Source of the DNA: the human T2T-CHM13v2.0 reference genome, Homo sapiens
Assembly: GCF_009914755.1 (NCBI RefSeq)
Contig: NC_060929.1
DNA: 64,000 nucleotides
Reading direction: 5' to 3' (one strand)
In this document: positions 28,934-40,104 of the stretch, in pieces
How the letters are laid out: each line of letters begins with the position of its first letter
Position numbering within the stretch: the first letter of the stretch is position 1
Position numbers and translations under genes: made by a program
Notes under the pieces: model-generated
The model's input: only the letters and a program-made list of their open reading frames with translations
Database searches by the model: none
What the model was told of the DNA's origin: nothing

Positions 28934-30699
28934 GTACCAATCAATTCCTTTTTATTTGATTGTTTGCTTATATTAGCCAAAGTCAGTCTCTATTGATTAA
29001 ACCAGATAATCCTAACAGATACATCAAGCTCAGTAATACTAGTAGGACTATTTCTTTAGCACTGCTGTGGACAAGGCACCATCTAGATTATTTTAGTTAA
29101 TCTTCATAAGCACCCTGTGAAGTAAGCAGCATTTTGTCTCCCTTTTATGAATGAGGCAATTATATCTTTGAGAAGGCAATAAACCTGTCCCAGACAACAC
29201 AACTGATTAATGGCAGACAGGTTGAATCCAGGTTTGCCCAGTTCCCAGGTCTATGTGCTTAGCTATTATGCAGTGAGGCCTCCCCTGGCATCTGTCTGAC
29301 AGCCAGTGAAGGTTCCTTTCTAGAGAGTGCCTCGTACTTCTTGGTATTGTAATTCAATACCGAGAGTTATATTCTTGGTATTGAATATAGCTCACAGTCT
29401 TCTGATCACAATTGCATTTCATCATGTATTATAATTATTTGTGTACATGTCTCAACTTCCCTAGCCCAGAATCTGGCATATATATAACAAATATTTTGGA
29501 ATAGATAATTGTGTCTAAAGAAAACCAAATGAAATTCCAATTATAATTGAAGTAAGTTGCTTTGTCGGAGCAAGTAGAGGGAACTCACGGTGGCAAATAT
29601 GGCAGCAGGTACCCTTTTCCCATGAATGCTTTTATTGTTTCTTTTTTAAAAAGCTTGTCATGGTTATTAGAAAATACAGATCTCATTTCCAGTGCTTTTC
29701 ACACAAACATTTAATAGTGGATTGTGGTTTTGGTCAACAAGGCTACTTTAATTAAATTCAGTACTTAGCAAATACTTGCGGCAAAATTTTCCCCAAGCTA
29801 CATCATTGGCCAGTGTAGCAAACTGCTTTTCACCAGCATCTCTCTGCTGGGAGGTTTTCCTCCTTTGTTTCGTCATTTAATTTTCTTTCTTTTCGTCTTG
29901 CTTCTCCTGGACTTTTATGATGACCCAGCTGAACTAGCTGCTTCTGTCTTCATAACTTTAATGTTGAACCCTGGAGGGATTGAAGGAGAAACAGTTCCCC
30001 AAGTGACTATTGGTAAACATACTAATAAATGAAGGGGAGTGGCCCTGTTGGAATGAGTGATGCCAGGCTAGCTGGCTAGTCCTAGGTGGAATTAAGCAAG
30101 GTGGCACAGGCCAGCACAGATGATGTCAGTAATAACATTGTAATGTTTCCACAAAGTGCATGAGTTGTCTAACTGAGGTGATTTTTTAAAACTTCCATGG
30201 AAAACATGCAAAATCTAACTTTTCCTTTTACATTTCCCCAGCTGCTACTATTTATTCTTCAGGCTTTGGTGTTTTAGGGATTTATGTCCCTCTTATTAAG
30301 GCCATGGGATACAACATTTGTGTTTCATAACCCCTTTGGTAATATAGAATGCTTTAAACTGCTCCATCAGATTAACTGTGTGATACAAAACCAATATAGA
30401 ATGCTGCCGTTATGAGAAAGTGGAACTGATAGTGTAACTGGAGATGGAGATTGGCTGAGGCAGAGCCTGGAATCAGGTAACTTCAAGGAAAAAGGAAGCC
30501 AGTCAAAGAAGGTCAATAAGAATAATGAAACTTGAAGATATCGAAAAATTTCCTTTCTTTTTTAATAAATATATTCTGCACATTTTAAATGTTTCTTTTT
30601 GCTTCATTTAAATGCCATTTTCAAACATTAGTGAATAAACAGAAAGATTCTTAAGATTAGTGAATAAACAGAAAGATTCTAAACATCACACATGCTGAG

Positions 30700-30960
30700 T
30701 GATGGAAGTAGCATGGACTTCAGGCAGGGCTCAGAGACCTGGGTTTAAATGCTGACTCTGCCTGTTATCAGCTCTGTATTTTTAAGCAAATTGCTGAAGC
30801 TCATTGAGCCCCAGTTTCCATTCTTGTTCAATGGAGATAAAAACAAAGGCCTGTAGAACTGTTTTAAGGAGTAAATGAAATGCATATACATTAAAGTGCT
30901 TGCTAGAGTGAGTGGCACATAAGAGCTCCACATGAGATAGCAATATATATGCTCTTCTGC
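30700..30960 (+). mobile_element. MIR
   Basis: MIR core gacctgggtttaaat...gagccccagtttcc...taaagtgcttg. Other MIR fragments lie at about 25770-25880, 29040-29280, 32210-32390 and 41390-41560. Confidence 0.65.
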
Positions 30961-32529
30961 TACATACATTGGTAGAACCAGCACATTGGTTACAATTTGT
31001 CAAGCTGATCACCAGCCTCTTTTTCCATGATTAATGAAGTGGGCACGATAGATTTAGCATTTCTTCTGCAAAGAAAGGAAGAAAGTTAAAAGATTAGGTA
31101 GAAACGCTTCTGTAACAAAGAACATTTTTAAGAACATATTTTTCTAGTTTATAATGTTCATGGCACTATAGAAGTGTCCAAACATCTCTTATGTAGCAAT
31201 TGATGCAATTGCACCTTTCGAGCAGAACTGCAGACTAAGTAGATCAAGTAAAGTGGAGCTGCCTAGTTTGTAGGGACTTTATGACCTCAATATAGTTGTA
31301 ACAATTATAATTCTTGCTAATTCAAGCCTGTGTGAACACTTAGAAAAGCTAACCTGAGTCCTAGGAAGAAAAAAAATGTATGAAGCAGTGGTGTTGTGCT
31401 GAAAATAAAAACAGTGGGGTAAAATTAGCCATATATATATATGGGTATATATATAAATATACATGCTTTAATAACCCGTGATATAAATCAACAATCAGCC
31501 TTATGAGTTATAAAGCCATTGGATAATAATTGGAAAATGGATTACATAATCACAGCCAAAAAGCACGGGAAATCATAGACCTTTTGATTTTATCTTCGAA
31601 GATAGATTTAATTTGGATTTAAACATTTTAATTATATGCATTAATCTTATCTTCTCCAGTCCTCTAGTTTTTGAAAGTGATTCTTGGCCTTAGTAATAAC
31701 ATTCTTGAAGCTGAATCTATGCTAGTAGATATAACTTCCATGGTAATAAATAGAGTTGGAACAAAGAGGAGAAAGTGGACTGTCAAAACTTGTTCATTGA
31801 ATTTGTAACTTTTTCCATTAAACAATAACTTGTAGTTTATCAGGTATTCCCAGGAAAAATGAACTGCTCTACCTAAATAAATTTTGTAGGCAAGAACCCT
31901 ACCCCACCTCCAATTTTTTATGTTAACTATTTCTGTGAGAAAATCTTACATTTTTCATTCTCCTAAAACAGGGTAGGCAGAATATAACCAAATACCTCTG
32001 TTGATTTTATCCTGGACAACTCAGGGTAACCTCATTACTACTCAGTGTGCTAGTTTCTACTCCCACTTCTACCTGTTTATAGCCTGCTGCTCCTGGTGAA
32101 TGATAGTTATAACCTAGGCAGAATTCCAGGATTTCCAGGGGAAGCTAAATAAAGTTCTTAGGACAGTAAGATTAATTTTGTGTATATTGCTGCATTAATA
32201 GGTCCTATCTGTGACAATGAGGGAAAAAGGGACTGGAATGGGAGCGGGAAGCCTGGAGTTCTAGATACTACTCTTCCACCAAACAGCTGTGTGATAGGAG
32301 CAAGCAACATGATTTCCCCATCCATATCCCTCCTGTGCTCCAAGGTTCTGAAGATATCTTCATAGGACTGCAGTAATGCAAAGTACATAAATTTGTGACA
32401 TCTTTTGCTCTCATTATTGGGAAGATTTTTTTCTTGCTTTTGGATTTGGGGCTAAGTAAAAGATGTGTTCGCTTAAAGTGAAATCGTAGTTAATTGGAAT
32501 TCAGGAATCTTATATTCTTTCCCAAATTT

Positions 32530-33560
32530 TATAAAAGACTAATTAGGCATATACTATGCCAAGCAGTGTAACAGGAACAGTAAATAAAGTGATGAATAGG
32601 ACAGCCCTTATCTTTGCCTTCATGGAGTAAACAGTCCTGTTGATAAGATGGGCCTCGAAATTAGCAATCCTATATCAGGAGAAAAGTTAAGAGGCTTCTG
32701 CAGGGCACGAAGTCAGGGGTGATGTTAGCGTGGCAGGGGAGTGTGTTGAGGCACTGAGGGGAGAGAATATTAAAGAGATATCTTGGAGGTAAAACTGATA
32801 AACTTGGCAATTGATTCCATGTGAGGAGTGAAGAAGAGGGAGGAAACATGGCTAACTCCCAACTTTCTGGCTTGAGCAATTGGGGGTGGGAAGGGAGATA
32901 CCATTTCCCAAGAAAGAAAATATTGGAGGAATTGGAAGAGCAGCAGATATTGCGGGGTGAAAGGTTGAGAGAAAGAACTGAGTCCAGTTCAGACCGAGGA
33001 GCCTGTGACACAGTCAACACCAATGCCAAGGAGCCAGTGGATACAGGGGTTGAGGTTGCAGACATAAACACAGGATTCATCAGCATATGTGTGGTTTCTG
33101 AACCTATGGGACAGGATGGCATCACTCAGGGAAAGAGCACAGAGTCAGAAGAAAATATGACCCAAGACCAGGCCTTGAAGAACTCCGATATTTAATGTTT
33201 GGGTAGAAGAAAAGGCAAACGAAAGTATCTGAAAAGATGGGCCAGAGAAGAGAGAATCAACCAAGGGGAGATGGTCCCAGAAGTCAAACAGAAGGGAGTG
33301 ATTCGCTGTGATGAATGCTGCAGAGGCCAAATAAGGTGGGAACTTTGGCTTTAGACATGTGGACATTATAGTGATCTTAGACTGAGAAGTTTTAAGAGAT
33401 GATAGGGTTGGAATTTCATTGGGAATAATTTGAAGAGTAACAGGGGAGAAAATAGAGACAACAAAAGCACATACTCTTTAAAGAAGTTTTGCTATACAGG
33501 AGATAGAATAATGGATGGGCAGGCATAGGAGATCAAGGAAGCATCTTTTTAAAAACTACA
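32530..33560 (-). mobile_element. L2 fragments
   Basis: Purine-rich L2 motifs (tactatgccaagc, tgccttcatggag, ttctggcttgagcaattggg). Continues at about 34070-34330. Confidence 0.65.
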
Positions 33561-33664
33561 GACGTCAGCATGTTTAAACAAGAAGAGAGAGTGTGACAGA
33601 GAGGGAGAGGAAAGAAAGTTGGAGTAAGAGTGAGAAAGAGTAAGATTAATAGATAGCAAAATAT

Positions 33665-33977
33665 AGCTGGGCGAGGTGGCTCATGCCTGTAATCTCAGCA
33701 CTTTGGGAGGCCGGGCGGGGGGAAAATGTTTCACGAGGTCAGGAGTTCGAGACCACCCTGGCCAACATGGTGAAACCCCGTCTGTACTAAAAATACAAAA
33801 ATTAGCCGAGTGTGGTGGCTCATGCCTGTAATCTCAGCTACTTGGCTGGCTGAGACAGGAGAAGAATCCCTTGAACCTAGGGAGGCAGAGGTTGTAGTGA
33901 GCCAAGATCGTGCCACTGCACTCTAGCCTGGGTGACAGAGAGAGACTCCGTCTCAAAAAAGAAGAAGAAGAAAAAAA
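33665..33977 (+). mobile_element. Alu (AluS)
   Basis: Full dimer with an A/GAA tail. Confidence 0.93.
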
Positions 33978-34387
33978 GCATAAGATATCCAAGAAAATTA
34001 GAGAGAATAAGATTCAGAACCTAAGTGAGTGAACTGACCTTGGACAAGAAGCACATGTTATTTGTTGTGTCCAGAGAGAAGAAAAGATGGGTGTGGATGA
34101 AGATAGGTCTGGTATGGAAAGTTGAAGTGGTTCCCAATTACTGACTTCTGTGTGCTCTGTGAAGTAGGAGGCAAGGGGGAAGGAGGAGGAAATTATAAGT
34201 GAGGAAGGTGGTGAAGGTGTGAAAATAGTGGCAGATAGTGAAAAAGCAAGACATTAGAGAAAAGTGGTAGGACTGGAGGCACAGCAGGGGCTGGTCACTG
34301 GTCATTATGAATCCATGGCGTTACCAGCCTGCCTTCTGGACTTATGGGTTTGAAACTGCAACTGGACTTACTAGTAATTTCACCTTT

Positions 34388-35120
34388 TGATACTGCCTTT
34401 GCAAAAATTATAACAGTGGGAAAATTATGACAGTGAAAGCGATCTGACCTAACCAACTCCATCTTGCTTCTAACCTCCAATCTGTCCTTGTTTATTCCAG
34501 AGCATAGGCCAAACTAGCTTTGAGAGAAACTTAGTTTATAGGTTAACATTGAAACAAAGATGATAATAACTCCCTCATGAAATAAACCTCCTTCTTACCT
34601 AGAGAGCACACTGTCTTTGTAAGACTAACAAATTAGCCATAATACAAGAAATTCTGGTTTAGGGAGTCATGGAGCTAGAGGCCATAAGATTCTGAACCTC
34701 CCCAGTTGCTCCTAGGCATAACATCACTATTGTAACATCTAAAATTGGTGCTTGAGATGTTTTTTGGACCCTGAGTTCTGATATACCAGCTGGTGCCACC
34801 CAGACTGATAATCTGGCCTAACCAGTTTTGCAATCCCACCCAGGAAAAGAAGACAGCAAGAAGAAGCCACTTTGAGCCCCTATGATTTCATCTTTGATCC
34901 ACTCATCCAGCACTCCATACTCCTTGATCCCTACCCACCAAATTCTCCTTAAAAGCCCTGGTCTCCAAATGTTCAAGGCGACCGATTTGAGTAATAAAAC
35001 TCTAGTCTCCCATTTAGCTGGCTGTCTGTGAATTAAATTCTTTCTCCATAGCAGTTCTCCTGTCTTGATACATTAGCTGTATCTGGGCAGTGGGCAAGGC
35101 GAACCCGTTGGGCCATTTCA
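34388..35120 (+). mobile_element. LTR8-family solo LTR (LTR8A/B-like)
   Basis: Starts tgatactgcctttgcaaaaattataacagtgggaaaattatgacagtgaaag. AATAAA at about 34993. Ends ...gaacccgttgggccatttca. Near-TSD cttt/ctat. Confidence 0.85.
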
Positions 35121-35670
35121 CTATAACGTCTTTCTAGAAAAGATTTCTCTCACAGACATCAGTAGCTCAAGCTGGTGACACAGCATGGCCATTTGTGCAA
35201 ATAAAGGCTCTTCTTTCTTTGCACATTGGATGTCTCTCTGACCTCCAGTGCCCGCCTGTACTCTCTTTCTCTTGCTATACCATATCCTTTGCCTTTAAGT
35301 AAATGCCTATATGAATATACTCTGTGGAATCTGGTGAATCCATGCAAATAACCAAACTGGGGAAGTCTTTGCAATGGTGTAACTATACAATATAATACTA
35401 TACAGCTGCAGAAAAGTATGTGAAATGTATCTGTGGACTGATATGAAAAGATATCTAGAATATATTGTTAAATGAAAATGCAGGTGAGGAACTGCAATAT
35501 AGTATACTGTTTTTCTTGTACAAAAGAGAGAAATACAAGGGCATATAATTGTATTCACTTGATTTGCATGAGGAAACACTGGAAGGTTACACACACAAAA
35601 AACTATTTAAAATGATTAACTATGGAAGTGATGGAAGCAAGATATCTTAACATATAAATTTTCATATTGA

Positions 35671-36180
35671 AGATACTTGCACACACATGTTTATAGCAGC
35701 ACAATTCACAGTTGCAAAATCATGGAAGCAACCCAAATGCCAATCAATCAACGAGTGGATAAAGAAACTGTGGTGTATATATACAATGGAATACTACTCA
35801 GCCATAAAAAGGAATGAACTAACAGCATTTGGAATGACCTGGATGAGATTGGAGGCTATTATTCTAGTGAAGGAACTCAGGAATGGAAAACCAAACATCA
35901 TATGTTCCCACTGATACGTGGGAGCTAAGCTATGAGGATGCAAAGGCATAAGAACGATATAATGGACTCTGGGAACTTGGGGGGAAGAGTGGGAGGGAGT
36001 GAGGCATAAAAGAGTGGAAGGGAGCAAGGAATAAAACAAATATGGTGCAGTGTATACCACTTGGGTGATAGGTGCACCAGGATCTCACAAATCACCACCA
36101 AAGAACTACCCATGTAACCAAATACCACCTGTACCCCCAATAATTTATGGAAAAATAATAATTAAAAAGTAAAAAAAAAA
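35671..36180 (+). mobile_element. L1PB 3' end inserted in an older L1ME fragment
   Basis: ORF2 C-terminal remnant (MFIAAQFTVAKSWKQPKC), 3' UTR and A-tail. TSD ttcatattg on both sides. Confidence 0.85.
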
Positions 36181-36452
36181 ATTCATATTGTTTTGATTTT
36201 TGAAACAAATTACCCACTCAAAAAATTAAAATTTCAGGGTAAACAAAAAAGAAAAGAAAAATCAAGTTATGTGGTCTAAGAGATATAATAAAATATTATA
36301 GGGTTTTATACTAAGTACCAAGAAATTAAGATGGAAAAATAATAGACATGCCAAAGTATAAACATAAACAACAAAAATAAATAGCAGCACAAGATACAAA
36401 GCTGAAGTTCTACCTGGGTAGCATGTAAAAAACTGGGATTGTTGCTTTAGTT

Positions 36453-36700
36453 CAGGATTTCTGAACAGCAGCACTAATGACATTTTTGGCAGGATACTTC
36501 TTTGTTGTGGCAGGATACTTCTTTGTTGTGGCAGGCTGTCCAGTGCATTGTTGGAGGACAGCTTGCCTCTACCCACTTAATACCAGTAGTACTTGCTTCC
36601 TTGAGTTGTGACAACCAAAAATATGTCCAAACATTGTCAAATGAGGTGCTGGTCATGGCAAGGGCACAAAAATTATGCCCAGTTGAGAATCACCGCTTCC
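36453..36700 (-). mobile_element. MER20 with an internal 21-bp tandem duplication
   Basis: MER20 reverse complement. tggcaggatacttctttgttg occurs twice at 36487-36528. Confidence 0.8.
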
Positions 36701-37714
36701 ATTGCTCTGAATAAGCAGATTTTCTGAGCAGCTCTAGAAAATGTTTTCCTAGCAACTGGTCTATATTCCCGAACTACTTTTTCATTGAGATGTCAAATAT
36801 TTCATATAATACTTTTCCAGTTCTTTATTATTAAAATCTTGACTCAGCCAGTATGTTATTTTGCAACGTCTTTGGAGTGACATTAATGATTTATCAGAAA
36901 TATTTTCCCTTTAATAAGATACTTAAATTGCTGAATCATTTGGTGTGACTTTATTACTTTGAAACTTTTTGTGTGGAAGCCAATCTCTGTTTCTTTAATC
37001 ATATTAGAAAAATGGAATTAAATGCTAGTGTCCATATATGTACTTAACTGAGGGGAGGAATACCTTTAATATGTTTGAAATAATCATGTTACTGACTTCC
37101 TTTCATTTTTACCTTTCCTTGAGTGTCTGGAAATCCTTCGAAATCCTTCAAGAAATTGCCCACGGGTTGTTAAGGCCAGTAATTAGTTAATTAGTGCCAC
37201 AGCTGTCCCAATCCCAAGCTGAATATGACCTAAACTGAGATGCCCCTGCTAGCGCAGTAGCTCAAATTCTGACAGCACAACTTGTGGTAGGTATATGGAA
37301 ATAGACAGAGCTTCTCCCTCAGCTCTATCTATGATCTTCTGAGAGTGATGCATGTGGTCATAATTATTTTTAAATATAATCCTTAAGTTTCTGAACAAAG
37401 CAAATCCAGAAAAATAAGTCATATGGTCTTAATGTGGACTGGTTCACAGATTATAGCACAACTATCTGCGTGAGCTTAATATATCTCCTTCCACTTTCCT
37501 GTCTTATTCCAGAGGGTGATGGTGGTGGTGTTCATTTGATTCACTTCAGTTCAAGGAACAAGAAAGCACTCATTTCCCAGGAGAATCACCGTGGTCTACC
37601 CCATCTCTGAACCCAGGCGAAAGGGTTTCCTCATTGGAAGTGAGATACAGCCAAAGCAGTAGTAAAGCGAACACCGTTTTATAGCTGCTATGGAAAAATT
37701 ATTATATTTTCGCT

Positions 37715-37717
<3 letters not shown>

Positions 37718-37771
<54 letters not shown>

Positions 37772-37774
37772 GCG
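37718..37774. repeat. (AC)26 microsatellite followed by GCGCG
   Basis: Read directly. Uninterrupted purine-pyrimidine alternation. Confidence 0.97.
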
Positions 37775-37879
37775 AGTCTCAAGACGGGATAGTTTAAAAT
37801 CTTCAGCCTGCAGTGGGATCTAACTACCTTCCCTTCCGTCCCCAGTGCCTCCTGATGCTTGCAATCTCATTCCCAATTC

Positions 37880-39850
37880 ACCAGCGTGCGTGAATGCAGA
37901 CTCCAGATCCAGCGCAGACGCCAAGAATTCGCTCAGGGGCACCAGCTAAATAGCAAACAGATGCCATGTCAAACATGTGAAAGCCTCAGCGACTAGGGTA
38001 CCGCCGGGAAAACCAGTTCCAGCCCAGGAATTTCTGGGTGGAAACACTGGCCGCCGAATTGTTTTATTCTCTTTGCTTGATTCGAGTCGGTTCTGAAAGC
38101 AGGTGTCCCCTCTCCCCCGGCTTCAGGAAGGGAAACCCCGGCCCCAGGCAGTTGCAGAGCTAAGAAAAACCATCCCGCCAGGCCCCTTCTTGTGGTAACG
38201 CGGTCCTAACCCTGCTCTGCCCCACAACCCCATTTCACCCGGGAGACGCAGACGCCAGGCTCCCTAGCACTTTGTCGCCTCTTCCTCCAGCCTGGCTTCC
38301 TGAGCTCTGGAAAAGTTCCGGGCCTCCGGACGTTGTTTCCATCTTCGCCTTCGCTGCCTGGGCCGCATGCCTCCTGGGCTTATTTAGGAAGCGAAGTTAG
38401 CGCCACACATTTGGCTCCAGAAATTTGTTCTGACGGCGCGGCCGACGCCCTGCAGGGTCATTTCTGAACGCATTCCCAAATATCCTGGTCCTCAAGCCCT
38501 TACCACCCCCTAGCACACGAAGCCCCAGCTGGCGGTGGAGCAGGTGTGTTGCTGGTAGCTCATCGCTGGCTTGGAGATAGAGGTGCTTGGTACCTGTCCC
38601 CTTTCCGACAACACCTGAAACCGTATCGGGGCACACCCCTCATCCAAATATCCACGTTTAAGGTGTCCGGATTCGTTTGGCTTGACCACCCCCTCCCCGC
38701 GCCAACCCTGGAGGCATCTTCCGTGGGGTCTGTCTCTTCGAACCCAAAGGGGTACGCGTCTGGGTGAGCCAGGTCCGCCTCTTCCCTGGCGCTGGCCGGG
38801 GGCGGGGGTGGGTAGGCTGGGACCTGTGTCTGATTAGCTGGGAGGGGGAAGCCATGGTCCCAACCGCTGTCTGCTGAGCTCCAGTCCGTCCAGGCTCTTC
38901 CAGGAGGAAGAGGCACGATACAAGAGAGGAGGGGCAGGGGTCCCAGCACTGAACACCCTGGCCGGGGTTTTGACAGCTGCCACAGTCTCTGAGCTCCAGC
39001 CTCGCGCCTGAACCCGGTCCCTGCCATGGGGCCCCCTTCCAGCTCAGGCTTCTATGTGAGCCGCGCAGTGGCCCTGCTGCTGGCTGGGTTGGTAGCCGCC
39101 CTCCTGCTGGCGCTGGCCGTACTCGCCGCCTTGTACGGCCACTGCGAGCGCGTCCCACCGTCGGAGCTGCCTGGACTCAGGGACTCGGAAGCCGAGTCTT
39201 CCCCTCCCCTCAGGCAGAAGCCGACGCCGACCCCGAAACCCAGCAGTGCACGCGAGCTAGCGGTGACGACCACCCCGAGCAACTGGCGACCCCCGGGGCC
39301 CTGGGACCAGCTACGCCTGCCGCCCTGGCTCGTGCCGCTGCACTACGATCTGGAGCTGTGGCCGCAGCTGAGGCCCGACGAGCTTCCGGCCGGGTCTTTG
39401 CCCTTCACTGGCCGCGTGAACATCACGGTGCGCTGCACGGTGGCCACCTCTCGACTGCTGCTGCATAGCCTCTTCCAGGACTGCGAGCGCGCCGAGGTGC
39501 GGGGACCCCTTTCCCCGGGCACTGGGAACGCCACAGTGGGCCGCGTGCCCGTGGACGACGTGTGGTTCGCGCTGGACACGGAATACATGGTGCTGGAGCT
39601 CAGTGAGCCCCTGAAACCTGGTAGCAGCTACGAGCTGCAGCTTAGCTTCTCGGGCCTGGTGAAGGAAGACCTCAGGGAGGGACTCTTTCTCAACGTCTAC
39701 ACCGACCAGGGCGAGCGCAGGTAAGGGCTGTACAGCCCGGGGCCCCTCTCGGCCCCCGCCCCTGCGTCCCGGTGCAGGCTGCGGGTCCAGCTGACTACCG
39801 TGTCCAGGTGCGCGTCTGCTGCCCTTTCCAAAGAATCCCCTTGCGACGTT
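37880..39850 (+). promoter_or_regulatory. CpG-island promoter of LVRN with a GC box / G-rich tract at about 38794-38821
   Basis: Sharp rise in GC and CpG content spanning exon 1. ggggcgggggtggg is an Sp/KLF-type motif. No obvious TATA box. The TSS cannot be determined from sequence alone. Confidence 0.85.
39026..39720 (+). CDS. LVRN: Laeverin / aminopeptidase Q, coding exon 1 (type II signal anchor, Pro/Thr-rich stalk, start of the M1 N-terminal domain)
   Basis: Kozak GCCATGG. MGPPSSSGFYVSRAVALLLAGL... hydrophobic anchor. RLP..LVPLHYDLEL M1 motif. Donor CAG|GTAAGG at 39720/39721, phase 2. Confidence 0.97.
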
Positions 39851-39856
39851 TTCTTT

Positions 39857-40104
39857 TTTCTTTTTATTTATTTATTTTATTATACTTTAAGTTCTAGGGT
39901 ACATGTGCACAACGTGCAGGTTTGTTACATATGTATACGTGTGCCATATTGGTGTGCTGCACCCATTAAGAAATATACCCATTAGGTATATCTCCCAATG
40001 CAAACTATCGCAAGGACAAAAAACCAAACAGCGCATGTTCTCACCCATAGGTGGGAATTGAACAATGAGAACACTTGGACACAGGAAGGGGAACATCACA
40101 CACC
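39857..40104 (-). mobile_element. Short 5'-inverted (twin-primed) young L1PA insertion
   Basis: Antisense 3' end 39857-40001 joined to a sense piece 40000-40104. Perfect 14-bp TSD gcgacgttttcttt at 39843-39856 and 40105-40118. Confidence 0.93.

Noticed and set aside
32670-33195. 151-aa and 124-aa ORFs
   Set aside because: They lie within a decayed L2 and have no coding features.
38854-38877. 7-codon uORF with a strong Kozak context (GCCATGG)
   Set aside because: It matters only if transcription starts upstream of it, which the sequence cannot show.
38560-39588. Antisense ORFs of up to 166 aa over the promoter and exon 1
   Set aside because: Stop-poor GC-rich shadow frames of the CpG island.
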